The notes: a model not told the origin generated them from the letters alone. Shown: positions 38,454 through 48,939, numbered from the stretch's first letter. The stretch is 64,000 nt of DNA from an uncultured delta proteobacterium (GCA_963760795.1 CAVXEP010000032.1:128001-192000), one strand, 5' to 3'. Program-made: numbers and translations.

Positions 38454-38936
38454 ATGGAGCCAGCAAAGAAATTAGCAACGACGGAGAAACCCCGGACGCA
38501 GAAGTTTTCCCTGCGCACCCCCTACATGAAGCAGGGCCGCATCACCCAGTTGGTGGCGGAAACCGAAAACATGTGGATTCACACCAAGATCAACTACGAG
38601 GGTGGTGAGAATGAGATTCATTGTCATCTCGACGAAGATCACTCGTTCATCGTGCTTGAAGGCCAGATGAGCGTGTTCGACGAAAAAGGCGGCGAGATCA
38701 AAGTCGAAAAGCACCAGGGTGTGATGATCCCCAAGGGCGCCTATTACCGCTATCTCAACACCGGCACTGAGAATCTGGTCGTGCTGCGCGTCGGCAGCGG
38801 CATCAAGGGCAAGGCTCAGGGCGGCGAAGAGATGCGCGTGCGTCCGGACGGCAAGCCGTTAATCGCTTCCTCCGAAGAGAACAAGACCGTGCCGCCGATC
38901 GAAGATACGCGTTTCTACGCAGATTCGGCCGGATAG
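38454..38936 (+). CDS. Cupin domain protein
   Basis: GGENEIHCHLDEDHSFIVLEG and GVMIPKGAYY cupin motifs. Confidence 0.82.
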   Translation: MEPAKKLATTEKPRTQKFSLRTPYMKQGRITQLVAETENMWIHTKINYEGGENEIHCHLDEDHSFIVLEGQMSVFDEKGGEIKVEKHQGVMIPKGAYYRYLNTGTENLVVLRVGSGIKGKAQGGEEMRVRPDGKPLIASSEENKTVPPIEDTRFYADSAG

Positions 38937-39014
38937 TTTTTCGCTTCGACCGACTTATGTCAGTAACCGCCGGCCACTGAGCAATCAGTGGCCGGCGTCG
39001 TTTTGGGAGGTTCT

Positions 39015-39581
39015 ATGACCCAGGCGATTCGACCGATGCCTGAAGAAATGCCGAGAGAACTTTGGCGCGGTTACCAGCCGGCGAACTCAATATGGCAAGG
39101 GAGTGTCAAAGAGATCTTCATCACGCCTGCTTCGGCGCAAGCGATGGTTGCCGTTTCCAGCGTGCGCGCCTTTGCCGACCGCGGACTGGAAGGCGACCGG
39201 TTCTATCGCGAATCCTGGAACGCCGTGAAGCGCTCGGACAAGGCGGTGAGCTTAATCGAGGATGAAGTCTTGGCGCTTGCCGCCAAGGAGATCGGTGTCG
39301 AGGCCATCGGTATTCTTACCCGGCGCAACATCGTCAGCCGCGGCGTGCCGCTCATCGATCTGCTCGGCCGTGAGTTCACGGTCGGCAACGTGCGCATGCG
39401 CGGCATTCGCTTGTTCGAACCTTGCGGTCATCTGGTCGCCGTGACAAAAATACCGGCGATCTTCAAAGCCCTGGAACATCGCAGCGGTCTCAAAGCCGCG
39501 GTGTTGAGCGACGGCGAGATTCAAATCGGCGACAGCATCGTGCTCGAGTCGGCCGGCGCGGCAGTCGCAGCAGTAGGCTAA
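39015..39581 (+). CDS. MOSC domain protein
   Basis: RGLEGDRF, VSLIE, RRNIV.RG, EPCGHL and GL.AAVLSDGEI..GD motifs; GGAGG RBS. Confidence 0.85.
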   Translation: MTQAIRPMPEEMPRELWRGYQPANSIWQGSVKEIFITPASAQAMVAVSSVRAFADRGLEGDRFYRESWNAVKRSDKAVSLIEDEVLALAAKEIGVEAIGILTRRNIVSRGVPLIDLLGREFTVGNVRMRGIRLFEPCGHLVAVTKIPAIFKALEHRSGLKAAVLSDGEIQIGDSIVLESAGAAVAAVG

Positions 39582-39614
39582 CCACGGCGTTCAGCGCGGA
39601 ACATCGCAACCGAA

Positions 39615-39766
39615 ACTCGGAATATCTCCCGCAATGGCGCCAAGGCGCAAAGGTGACGGGCCGATGCCCGTCATCGCGAGAGAGAATGTGAGGGATCTAG
39701 GAAAGATTTCTCCCTTCGGTCGAAATGACAACCATTCGAACTTAGCGTCTTCGCGCCTTTGCGGGG
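39615..39766. repeat. Composite palindrome: CGCCAAG/CTTTGCG outer arms enclosing a GTCAT...ATGAC REP
   Basis: Outer cgccaaggcgcaaag / cttagcgtcttcgcgcctttgcg; inner gtcatcgcgag...gggatct...agatttctc...tcgaaatgaca; same layout at 45507-45659. Confidence 0.78.
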
Positions 39767-39810
39767 AACGAATTAATCTTTAGCATTGCAAAACAACGAG
39801 GGAAGATTTC

Positions 39811-40743
39811 ATGCAGTACGGCTTACACCTCCCGGCTTCGAGTGCGACGGTCAAACCTGAGGAGCTGGTGCGCTTCGCCCAGCGCGCCGAGGGGTTGGAT
39901 TTTTCATTGCTCACGGTGGCCGACCACGTGATCGTGCCGACCCATATTTCCGTGCCTTATCCCTACACCGTCGACGGCAAGTATCCCGGCACCGGCTATC
40001 ATCTCGAGACCTTGATGACCATGAGTTATCTCGCCGGCGCGACCCAGCGCATTCGCTTCGCCACCAGCGTGATGATCTTGCCCTATCGCAATCCGATCGT
40101 GACCGCCAAGATGTTGGCGAGTTTGGACGTGCTTTCCGACGGCCGGGTGATCGTTGGCGTCGGCGTCGGTTGGATGAAAGAAGAGTTCGAAAATCTGCAA
40201 ACCCCCAATTACGAAGCGCGCGGCCGGGTCACGGACGAGTACATCCGCGCCTTTCGCGAATTATGGACCAGCGACCGGCCGAGTTTCAAAGGCGAGTTCG
40301 TCAACTTCGCCGATCTGATCTTCCTGCCCAAGCCGGTGCAAAAAACCATTCCCATCTGGATCGGCGGCCATAGCAAGTCGGCGCTCAAGCGCGCCGGCCA
40401 GTTGGGCGACGGCTGGCATCCCATCGGCGGCGTGCCGACGATTCCACTCGAGCCTGATGACGTAAAAAAAGATTTGGCGACAATGTCCGAGTACGCCGTC
40501 AAAGCCGGCCGCGACCCGAAAACCATTCATGTTGCTCTCAAAGGCTCGCTCTTCGACAAAGAGAAAAAAATCGCCGACCGGCGCCGCCGCTTCATGGGTG
40601 AAGCGGAAGAGATCGCCGCGGATATTCGCGAATACGGCGCCGCCGGTGTCAACACCATGATCTTCGACGTGCGCCGGCCGAGCTCGGCGGAGACCTTGGA
40701 GCGCATGGAGTGGATGGCGAAGGATGTTTTTCCGCAGGTTTAG
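39811..40743 (+). CDS. LLM-class F420-dependent oxidoreductase (luciferase-like monooxygenase family)
   Basis: ADHVIVP...YPY, ILPYRNP..TAK..ASLD.LS.GR, GVGWMKEEF, PKPVQ and PIWIGG motifs. Confidence 0.85.
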   Translation: MQYGLHLPASSATVKPEELVRFAQRAEGLDFSLLTVADHVIVPTHISVPYPYTVDGKYPGTGYHLETLMTMSYLAGATQRIRFATSVMILPYRNPIVTAKMLASLDVLSDGRVIVGVGVGWMKEEFENLQTPNYEARGRVTDEYIRAFRELWTSDRPSFKGEFVNFADLIFLPKPVQKTIPIWIGGHSKSALKRAGQLGDGWHPIGGVPTIPLEPDDVKKDLATMSEYAVKAGRDPKTIHVALKGSLFDKEKKIADRRRRFMGEAEEIAADIREYGAAGVNTMIFDVRRPSSAETLERMEWMAKDVFPQV

Positions 40744-40944
40744 GCGAGGGTCTGGATTCTATTCCCGGCGATCAATTGCTTATCGGCCTCGACTTGCTGT
40801 TTTGAGTTGTCGCCATGGAGGGAGCCCAAACTTGGGCTGATAATCTTTTGAAGCTATCGTGACGAGTACGTGCTCGCGCACAGCGAGAATTTCACCGGCG
40901 AGAAAATGACCTGCGCCAAGAAGTTGGCGCCTAGGAGAAACTTG

Positions 40945-41842
40945 ATGAATGGGATGCACTTGATGGTTGTTGGCCTCATCGCCGCGGCGCTTCTGGGTCT
41001 GGACGTGGGTGAGGGATCGTGGTTCCTCCTGATGGCCACCGCGGCCACGTCCATTCCGCCTAAGTTCGCGGGATTTGCGGATCTACCGGGTGTGCGTCTG
41101 TGGTACACCGACAGCGGCGGGAACGGCGTGCCGCTCGTGCTGCTTCACGCTAACACCGGCAACGCCGATGGTTGGCAGTACAACATTCCAGGTTTCGTCG
41201 CGGCGGGATATCGGGTCATCGCCTTCGACCGGCGCGGCTGGGGCCGCAGCACGGCGAATCCGGCCACCGGTCCGCAGCCCGGCACCATCGCTGATGATCT
41301 GCACGCTCTAGTCGAATATCTTGAAACTCGACCGCTTCCATCTCGTCAGCGTGGCGGGCGGCGGTTTCGCTGCCTATGACTATGTGCTCTGGCATCCGGA
41401 GCGGCTGCGCAGTTTGGTGGTCGCCGCCAGCGGCGGCGCCATCGTCGACGAGGAATTGAGTCAGATTCGCGAGCGGACGGCGCTGCCGAATTTTCGCAGC
41501 TGGCCGCCGGAGTTTCGCGAAGTCAGTATGGGCTACATGGCGACTAACCCCGAAGGTCTCAAGCTCTGGCTGGAGATTCACGACAATTCCAAGCAGGAGG
41601 GAGTGTCGGCCCAGCCCCAACGCACGACGATCACGTTCGCCAAGCTCGCGACGATTCGCGTCCCGACACTGCTGATGCCTGGTGATCAAGACCTGCAAGC
41701 GCCGCCCTGGGTCATGCGCCGCCAGCTTGCTGCTATCCCCGGCGCACAATTTATCGTATTGCCCGAAGCCGCGCACTCGATCAACTGGGAGCAACCCGAG
41801 GCCTTCAACCGCAACGTCCTGGAGTTCATCCGCGGCCATTAG
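40945..41842 (+). CDS. Alpha/beta hydrolase fold protein (apparent +1 frameshift at about 41320)
   Basis: LWYTDSGG.G.PLVLLHANTG, FDRRGWGRS, then HLVSVAGGG, PTLLMPGDQD and EAAHS..WEQPEAFN. The usual nucleophile Ser appears replaced by Ala. Confidence 0.82.
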
Positions 41843-41924
41843 CAATGGCTAAATGGGAAACGTAGATTGTTATTCTGATGAATCGGCAAGCGACGCAATT
41901 CGCAATGTCAGCTGAAGCGATTTT

Positions 41925-41945
41925 GCAATGTTTCCATGCCTGCCC
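41925..41945 (+). repeat. 21-bp direct repeat, copy 1 (copy 2 at 43291-43311)
   Basis: gcaatgtttccatgcctgccc is identical in both copies, with partial similarity continuing downstream. Confidence 0.8.
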
Positions 41946-42137
41946 CCGAATCCTGATTTCTACTGCATGTACCGATAGATATAACAGCCGCATTGCCAGA
42001 TAGAACCGCAACCGTTGGATACACTAGGTATCCGAAAGTTGCGCCGATAGTTGTCCCGAGAAGCGGGGCGGAATTTCAACTCGCGATAAAAGCTTTTGCT
42101 AATCGCTACTTGGATTTTTACGATGGGTGGTCTGGCC

Positions 42138-42153
42138 AGGCACAGTCTTTGCG
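42138..42153 (+). promoter_or_regulatory. Putative sigma-54 promoter
   Basis: AGGCACAGTCTTTGCG = GG-N10-GC with GGCAC...TTGC; AT-rich IHF-like tract just upstream. Confidence 0.5.
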
Positions 42154-42272
42154 CTAACCAAGGAAGTATAGAGTACTTGATGGTCCTTAAAGGACTTCCG
42201 CTCATGGCTTTCGAGCCCCTTTGCCGGCGGCTGCAGGGACCGAGCTGGAACAAACGATCGGTGGAGATTTTT

Positions 42273-43016
42273 ATGTTCAACCTCAAATCACTCGTAAGCG
42301 TAGCCTTTGTCCTGGCGGGTTCATTCGGACAATCCTTTGCTAAAGATGATCCGTGGTTCTTCACGGCCAAGGAGATCGCCAATGCCTATCGCTATCAGCA
42401 ACAGTTCGGCGCGCGTCTGCACAATCCCTTAGAGCCCCAAGCCTGTTTACACGGCCGAATGGAATTCGCCGCGTCGTCCCAAGGCAGGCGGTTCGTTGCG
42501 CCTTGCCGGTTCATCACCGAAACCACTCGCCAGTTAAGAGAGCTGTTGGAATCGGGGGCTGCCAAATATCTCTTCCCTCTGGATGTCGATTACGCCGACC
42601 TGGCGATCCCGGCAGATCTATACGAGAGCAAATACAAACAACTATCGAGCGGGGAGAGATTGCCGGCGCTGCTCCGTGAACCGGCGCTGGTAGCCATCTA
42701 CCATACGGCGCTGCATCTGGCGCCGGAGCCGAGCAATAGTGCTCCGAGTACGAGCGTGTGGGGAGAAAAGCGCACTGTCTCTGGCTTCTACGATGGGCGC
42801 CCGAACCAGCTCCTGGCGCGACGAATGGATGGGGGAGGCTATGATGAGCCGGAAGGGTTGGTTCGAGTGGGCAGCTTTGCCATGTTGAGCCATTTCTTGG
42901 GGGAGCTGACGTTGGTCGCGGGTGAAACCGTCGTGACGTTTGATTTGTCGTTCGACAACGATCGCGCGGCGGCGCCGACGGCGGACATCGTTACCGTGAG
43001 GGCGGCCGCCAAGTAA
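42273..43016 (+). CDS. Secreted hypothetical protein
   Basis: GGAG RBS; signal peptide MFNLKSLVSVAFVLAGSFGQSFA; no family recognised. Confidence 0.7.
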   Translation: MFNLKSLVSVAFVLAGSFGQSFAKDDPWFFTAKEIANAYRYQQQFGARLHNPLEPQACLHGRMEFAASSQGRRFVAPCRFITETTRQLRELLESGAAKYLFPLDVDYADLAIPADLYESKYKQLSSGERLPALLREPALVAIYHTALHLAPEPSNSAPSTSVWGEKRTVSGFYDGRPNQLLARRMDGGGYDEPEGLVRVGSFAMLSHFLGELTLVAGETVVTFDLSFDNDRAAAPTADIVTVRAAAK

Positions 43017-43290
43017 CACCGCGTCCGCCGCCGGCAGCGCGGATTTGTTCTCCGGGCTGGCCTCGGACTACTAGAAACCGGCCGCGGCTGATTGCCACAC
43101 GTCGCAAGGATCATTCACCATCTGCCGCTGGACTTGAAACGCAGCGTCGAGCGGTCGGTGGATCCGCAGGTTCAGTTTAACCCATTTGACGACACGCCGT
43201 TACGAAGTGAGCCACGCGGATTGAGGAAAGATAAATTAGTCAGCGGAGTGACCGGGGCCAGCTTGCTTGAGAAAAAAATGAATCAAACTC

Positions 43291-43311
43291 GCAATGTTTC
43301 CATGCCTGCCC
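43291..43311 (+). repeat. 21-bp direct repeat, copy 2
   Basis: Identical to 41925-41945. Confidence 0.8.
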
Positions 43312-43680
43312 TCGATTCCCCCGATTCCAACACATTGCGCATGTTGCAGCAAAGACTGCCTACTCATCGTGAATCCAGGCGAACAAATCAGGGACGGTTC
43401 AACTACTCATCTGAGCAAAGCCTTAGTCGGAAATGGCTTATAATTGGATCGCGCAACCTTCCGAGTCAGGACTTTCGATTCTGAAAATTCTCCCGCGGTT
43501 GTTTAACTATAAGCTCTATCAGACACGGACGTCCAAACAATTCTGACGAACGCAGCAAAGATCAGTGTTAGACTTTGACCACACAACAAAGATCGTTAGC
43601 TCGTGGTAGTATGACGTTGTGGCCTAAGGTATAAGCCATAAAATTGATCGAGGAACTGTAACTAATCTGAAGGAGGTATC

Positions 43681-44283
43681 ATGCGCGAGATCCTGACCGA
43701 TATCTTCACTTGGCCGTGGTTTTCGGAGCCGCACGGTTACAATTTTAACGGGCATTTCATTCGGCACGCTGATGGGAATCTTTGCGTCGATCCGGTGGAG
43801 CCGAGTGACGAAGATATGGCGGAGCTGGCGCGGCAGGGGGTCGCGCGCATTCTCATCACCAATCGCAACCACTCGCGCGCGGCGAACAAGATTCGTGCAC
43901 GTACCGGCGCGCGGACGGCGATCCATCCGGCGGACGCGTCGCACGCGCGGAGCGAGGGAGCGGTGCTGGATGACGAATTGAACCCAAGCGACAAGGTCGG
44001 CCCGTTTGTGGTGATCGACTCGCCGGGAAAATCGCTGGGAGAAGTTGTGCTTCACTGGCCGGAACGAAAAATCCTGCTCGTCGGCGACGCTGTGGTCGGT
44101 GATCCGCCTGGGAAGTGCAAGCTTTTGCCGGACAAGGTTGTCGACGATCCGCCGCGCCTACGCGATAGCGCGCGTCAACTGCTGGCGCTCGACTTCGATA
44201 TTTTATTGGTTGGCGACGGCGAGCCGATTCTCCAGTCTGCTAAAGAACGGCTGCGCGAATTGGTGTATACTTTTCCTCGGTGA
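43681..44283 (+). CDS. Metallo-beta-lactamase fold protein with degenerate metal motif
   Basis: AGGAGG RBS; ILITNRNHSR in place of THxHxDH, PGKS.GE, LLVGDA and LLVGDG. Confidence 0.75.
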   Translation: MREILTDIFTWPWFSEPHGYNFNGHFIRHADGNLCVDPVEPSDEDMAELARQGVARILITNRNHSRAANKIRARTGARTAIHPADASHARSEGAVLDDELNPSDKVGPFVVIDSPGKSLGEVVLHWPERKILLVGDAVVGDPPGKCKLLPDKVVDDPPRLRDSARQLLALDFDILLVGDGEPILQSAKERLRELVYTFPR

Positions 44284-44418
44284 GAAATCGCTGAAACGGC
44301 GACGATCCACAATTCACCGACCACACTTCTTCAGATAATGAAGCCTCGCCCTAATATTTTCGCCTTGACAGGCCGTCGCCGATCTCTATACAAGTCGGCC
44401 ATCGAAGGAGGAAACTTT

Positions 44419-45462
44419 ATGCGTTCGACTTTATCTCGGTCTTCGCGGTTCCTTTCCTTTCTATTTCTTCTCGTGTTTGGGTCTCGTACGCTCGCCGATG
44501 CGCAGTCGTTGCCGCGCTCGGTGACGGTTGGCTCCAATCCTCCGGGGACGGTTTTCTATGCGCTGGCGAGCGGGCTTTCCAAGGTTGCCAGCGAGGGGGC
44601 GCCGTTTCAGATGGTGGTTCAGCCCTATTCCGGCACCAGCACTTTTCTGCCGCTGCTCGATAGCGGCGAGATCGATTTCGGCATCAACAACGCGGTCGAC
44701 ATGGCGCTGTCCTACCAGGGGCCCGAGCGCTTGAAGATCGGCGGGCGCAATCCGTTTCAACACACGCCCAATGTCCGGCTGGTGATGCGCGGCGCGATTC
44801 TGATGACGGCGTTTCTCGTGCGCAAAGACTCGACGATGAAAACCGTGCAGGATATTCGCGGCAAAAGAGTGACCGGTGAATATCCGGCGCAGCTGGCCAA
44901 TTGGTACAACGTTTTCGGCTTTCTCGCCGGCGCTGGAATGAAGTTTGAAGACGTGAAGATCGTTCCGGTGCCGGGCGCCAATGAAGGCGTGGACGCGCTC
45001 ATCCAGGGACGCGCCGACGTTGCGCTGCACGCGGTCGATTCAGCTAAAGTCAAAGAAGCCGACGCGGCGATCGGCGTGCGCCATATCTCGCTCGACTGTT
45101 CGGCGCAGGGTGAGAAACGTCTGCGCGCCGCCGTGCCCGGCTACTACCCCCATTGGCTCAAACGCGGTCAGACGGCGGGTATCGCCGACGACACTTGCGT
45201 GAACGCCTACGATATTTACCTCACGACGCACAAAGGCGAGCCCGATCGAGTCGTCGGCGCAATTCTCAAAAATATTTGGGACAACGTCGATAAGCTTCCG
45301 CCGCTCCATCCCAGTTTTAAAGATTGGACGCGGCCGCGGGCGGTGGATGGCGACGTGACGATGCCGTACCATCCGGCCGCTGTGCAGTTTTACAAGGAGC
45401 GCAACGCTTGGTCGGCAGCCATGGACGAAGCGCAGCGCAAACTGCTTGCTCTAAATCCGTAG
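44419..45462 (+). CDS. TAXI-family TRAP transporter solute receptor
   Basis: GSNPPGTVFY, DIRGKRV and MPYHPAAVQFYKE motifs; signal peptide; AGGAGG RBS. Confidence 0.88.
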   Translation: MRSTLSRSSRFLSFLFLLVFGSRTLADAQSLPRSVTVGSNPPGTVFYALASGLSKVASEGAPFQMVVQPYSGTSTFLPLLDSGEIDFGINNAVDMALSYQGPERLKIGGRNPFQHTPNVRLVMRGAILMTAFLVRKDSTMKTVQDIRGKRVTGEYPAQLANWYNVFGFLAGAGMKFEDVKIVPVPGANEGVDALIQGRADVALHAVDSAKVKEADAAIGVRHISLDCSAQGEKRLRAAVPGYYPHWLKRGQTAGIADDTCVNAYDIYLTTHKGEPDRVVGAILKNIWDNVDKLPPLHPSFKDWTRPRAVDGDVTMPYHPAAVQFYKERNAWSAAMDEAQRKLLALNP

Positions 45463-45506
45463 CGATAGCTTGGCCTGTGCGACACTGTGCGCTTGAAGGT
45501 TTGGAT

Positions 45507-45659
45507 CCGGATATTCCTCGCGCCAAGGGCGCCAAGTGACAGCCTCGAAGCCTGTCATCCCGAGCGAATGCGAGGGATCTCAGAAGGATTTCTCTCTCCG
45601 TTCGAAATGACAACGTTGTTGCTTTGCGCCCTTTGCCGGCTTGGCGCGAAATACTCCGA
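45507..45659. repeat. Composite palindrome, same family as 39615-39766
   Basis: Outer tcgcgccaagggcgccaag / ctttgcgccctttgccggcttggcgcga; inner tgtcatcccgagcg...gggatct...ttcgaaatgaca. Confidence 0.78.
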
Positions 45660-45763
45660 ATTTCGATTGTCGCTCTGCCGTGCTTGCCTACTTGCGGTTA
45701 ATCACTCAAGTCCTAAACTCTTCCGCGGATGCCGCAATTCGTTGCCGGACTGACAACCGGAAA

Positions 45764-46048
45764 CTATTTCTCAGGCTTGGGCGCTTTCGCCGGTTTGCGC
45801 GGGTCGTCATCTTCGGGGAGGCAGACGTAGGTAAAGGAGGAATTGTTGCTGGTGAAGATGACGGTGTTCTTTTCGAATTTGGCGTCTTTGAACTGCTTCC
45901 ACATGTCGAGTTTGTCTTTGACACTGGCCAGGCACTTGTCGCGAGACCCCAATCCGGGGGCGGCGGACCAGCTGTCTGAGGTCGGCGATATGGTGCGGGT
46001 CCAGATCGTCCAGGTAAGTAGCAGCATCAAGTAAACGGCTTTTTGCAT
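45764..46048 (-). CDS. Small secreted or membrane-anchored hypothetical protein
   Basis: GAGGG RBS; hydrophobic N-terminus, W-rich segment, two Cys and a C-terminal CLPEDDDPR. Confidence 0.65.
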   Translation of the reverse strand: MQKAVYLMLLLTWTIWTRTISPTSDSWSAAPGLGSRDKCLASVKDKLDMWKQFKDAKFEKNTVIFTSNNSSFTYVCLPEDDDPRKPAKAPKPEK

Positions 46049-46107
46049 ATATCCCTCGCTACGATCAACAGTTTAGACGACTTGCCCAACAAAAGCTTGT
46101 GATATGA

Positions 46108-46662
46108 TTAGCCGCCTTCATTAAGAATCTGCTGTAACGGGCTGAAATTGAACTTTTGCGAAAACGCCGCTTCTTTGGGGTTGATGCCGGCAAGTTGATC
46201 GTCGACTAGAGGTGTGAGCGCCGCGTCGTTCAACATTCGATCCTTGGTAAAATTGCCGACCGCGAGTTGATAGACGCCGTCAGCGATCTCCTTGTCGGAT
46301 TTGAGAAAGCTCGCCATGGCCGCCGACAGAATCGTCGAGCCGATGCGCGACGTAACGGCTATGTCGCCGCGGCTCAGCGCCGCGCGGCCGACCTCAGCGC
46401 GGGTGACGATCAATTTTACGGCCAAATTCTGCTCGCGGAAGAAGCCCTGGTGCAACGCTACGGCAACCGGGATGTAGAACGGTGCTGGGATCGGATAGGA
46501 GCCATTGATGGTATCGAGAACGGCGAGATTGGCGGAGCTACCGGCCCCAAGCAGCATAGCGATCGTCACGACCAGACGAAGCGCGCGGCAGCGGGATTGA
46601 TTCACGTTCTCTTGGTACATCTTTGCGGCATTTAACTCAAGAAAATTCTCAATCTGCGACAC
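46108..46662 (-). pseudogene. Internally deleted NMT1-type solute-binding protein
   Basis: N-terminal motif (PVAVALHQGFFREQNL...ALSRGDI) joined directly to the C-terminal motif (FNFSPLQQI); much shorter than the roughly 330-aa paralogs in this window. Confidence 0.65.
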
Positions 46663-46736
46663 CTCAGGGTTTCCCTTGACAGGGTGCGTCTGTCAGGCGT
46701 ACGAGGGATTATCAATGGCGAGGGAGGGAATGATTT

Positions 46737-47756
46737 ATGGCAAATCTTGAAGTCATCGATGCCGATGGCCACATTACCGAGAGCGACGCGCAACTGAAAA
46801 AATACATGCCGGAGAAGTATGTTAAACGGGTTTCCTCGTTGACGCCGGGCGATAGTTGGGACCGCTCGCTCAGCGGCAAGCTCGGCAGCCGGGCTGGGGA
46901 TGCCAAGAGTTGGCTCGACGCGATGGATCGTGGCAACGTTTCCACCGCGGTGCTCTATCCGACCAACGGTCTCAGCGTCGGCTGGATTCGCGAGCCGGAC
47001 GTCGCTGTGCAGTATGCTCAGGCGTGGAACAATTTCTGTTCCGAAGAGTTTCAGAAAGTCAGCCCGCGCTTGAAGTGCGTTGCCTTGGTGTCGTTTCAAG
47101 ATGTCCCCGAGGCGGTCAAAGAGCTGCGCCGGGCGGTGCAGGAACTAAAACTGGTCGGCTTGATGCTACCCGCCGTCGGCCTGCGCCAGCCGCTGGGTCA
47201 CGAAAGTTTTTGGCCTATCTATGAAGCGGCGGAAAAGCTCGACTGCATGATCGGCGTCCATGCCACCGTGCGCGGGCCGCATTACTTTGCCGGCGATATG
47301 TTTGACCAGTTCATCGAGGTGCACACGCTGTCGCATGCGTTCGCCCAGATGATGCATTGCACCAGCCTGATGTTTCGCGGCGTCTTCGACCGCTTTCCCA
47401 AGTTGCGCGTGGCGTTCATGGAAGCGGGCTGCAGCTGGGCGCCCTATTGGTTTGGGCGCATGAGCGAGGAGTGGGAGATTCGCGGTGAAGTCGAGGCGCC
47501 GATGTGCAAGCGCAAGCCGATTGATTATCTGAAAGATGGCCGGATCTATTTTCACGCCGAAGACTACGAGCCGTTGATCGGCGCGACCGCGGAAATCCTG
47601 TCCCATCGCAATATTTATTACGCCTCCGATTTCCCCCATTGGGATACTGAGTTCCCGGAGAATATTCAGCATCTAAACAGGCGCAAAGACTTGAACGACG
47701 AAGCCAAGAAATGGCTGTTCGCCGAGAGCGCCAAGAAACTCTATAACCTGAGTTAA
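46737..47756 (+). CDS. Amidohydrolase family protein (Amidohydro_2)
   Basis: IDADGH, VLYPT, GVH, FPKLRVAFMEAGCSW and ASDFPHWD motifs. Confidence 0.88.
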   Translation: MANLEVIDADGHITESDAQLKKYMPEKYVKRVSSLTPGDSWDRSLSGKLGSRAGDAKSWLDAMDRGNVSTAVLYPTNGLSVGWIREPDVAVQYAQAWNNFCSEEFQKVSPRLKCVALVSFQDVPEAVKELRRAVQELKLVGLMLPAVGLRQPLGHESFWPIYEAAEKLDCMIGVHATVRGPHYFAGDMFDQFIEVHTLSHAFAQMMHCTSLMFRGVFDRFPKLRVAFMEAGCSWAPYWFGRMSEEWEIRGEVEAPMCKRKPIDYLKDGRIYFHAEDYEPLIGATAEILSHRNIYYASDFPHWDTEFPENIQHLNRRKDLNDEAKKWLFAESAKKLYNLS

Positions 47757-47764
47757 GGATGACT

Positions 47765-48790
47765 ATGGGCGTTAAACGCAAAGTTTGCATGACCGGGCCC
47801 ACTGGGCTGACGGTGGTCGCGGACGCCTTGCGGCAGGCGGGCTGCGAGGTGGTGCTCGGTAAGCCGCTGGACGATTTTCGCGAGTTTCGCTACGAACGCA
47901 AGGATCTGGTCAAGCTGATCGGCGACGCGCCGATTGTCTTTCCGGCTGGACGCGATTTCATCGGCGCGGATATTTTGGACTCCTGTCCGGAGCTGCAAGC
48001 CGTGGTGAAGTCGAGCATCGGCATCGAGACCGTCGATGTCGATGCCGCCACCGATTTGGGCATTATCTGCTGCAACAGCCCGACGCCGGAGAATTACATG
48101 GGCGTGGCCGAGGCGACCGTCGGGTTGATGGTGGCGCTGTTCAAGCGCTTGAAGCGCAATGAGAAGCAAATGCGCACCCACGGCTGGAAAGAAGCGCGCA
48201 ACAACGGCGTGCTCATGTTGGGCAAGACGGTGGGCATCATCGGTGTTGGCCGCGTCGGTCAAAACGTTGCCAAGCGGCTGGGCGGCTGGGGCATGAAGCT
48301 CCTGGGCTACGATCCCTACGTCAAGCAGGAGAAGGTGGCAGACCTGGGCGTAAAAATGGTTTCACTGGAAGAGCTGCTGCGCGAGGCCGATGTCGTGACC
48401 CTCCATGTGGTTCTGACCCGCGAGACCCGCGGCATGCTCGGATTGGCGCAGTTGAAGTTGATGAAGCCCAGCGCCTTTCTCATCAATACCTCGCGCGGCC
48501 CGGCGATCAAGGAAACCGAGTTAATTCAAGCTTTGAATGATCAGATCATCGCCGGGGCGGCGCTCGATGTCTTTGCCGAAGAACCCACGCCCATGAGCAA
48601 TCCGCTACGCCAGGTCGACCCGGAGAAGTTGATCCTGACGCCGCATACCATCGGCACCAATCCGGGCTCCCAGACGGCCGGACAGAAGCTGGCGGTGCAG
48701 AGCATCCTCGCGTTGCTCGATGGCAAGGTTCCCGACACCGTGGTCAATCCGCTGGCGATTCCGCGCTGGAAGGAACGATTTTGGTCGTGA
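47765..48790 (+). CDS. D-isomer-specific 2-hydroxyacid dehydrogenase (SerA-like)
   Basis: GKTVGIIGVGRVG, YDPY, LINTSRG, AALDVF..EP and LTPH motifs. Confidence 0.9.
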   Translation: MGVKRKVCMTGPTGLTVVADALRQAGCEVVLGKPLDDFREFRYERKDLVKLIGDAPIVFPAGRDFIGADILDSCPELQAVVKSSIGIETVDVDAATDLGIICCNSPTPENYMGVAEATVGLMVALFKRLKRNEKQMRTHGWKEARNNGVLMLGKTVGIIGVGRVGQNVAKRLGGWGMKLLGYDPYVKQEKVADLGVKMVSLEELLREADVVTLHVVLTRETRGMLGLAQLKLMKPSAFLINTSRGPAIKETELIQALNDQIIAGAALDVFAEEPTPMSNPLRQVDPEKLILTPHTIGTNPGSQTAGQKLAVQSILALLDGKVPDTVVNPLAIPRWKERFWS

Positions 48791-48812
48791 ATATTCTACA
48801 GTGGGAGCAATT

Positions 48813-48893
48813 GTCATTCCGAGGTGAAGCCGAGGAATCTCGACTTCGTTAGTGACAGAAAAGACGAGATCCCTCGCTGCGCTCGGGATGACA
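48813..48893. repeat. GTCAT-type REP-like palindrome
   Basis: tgtcattccgagg...gaggaatctcg ... cgagatccctcg...ctcgggatgaca; related copies at 54448-54532 and about 27360-27393. Confidence 0.72.
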
Positions 48894-48939
48894 GAAATGG
48901 GAGATCTACGCTTTGCGACAGGGTCTCGCTTTGGTAACG

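Noticed and set aside
42010-42080. Hairpins upstream of the secreted orphan gene as a riboswitch
   Set aside because: No consensus of TPP, cobalamin, SAM, FMN or c-di-GMP aptamers was recognisable by eye; an Rfam scan would settle it.
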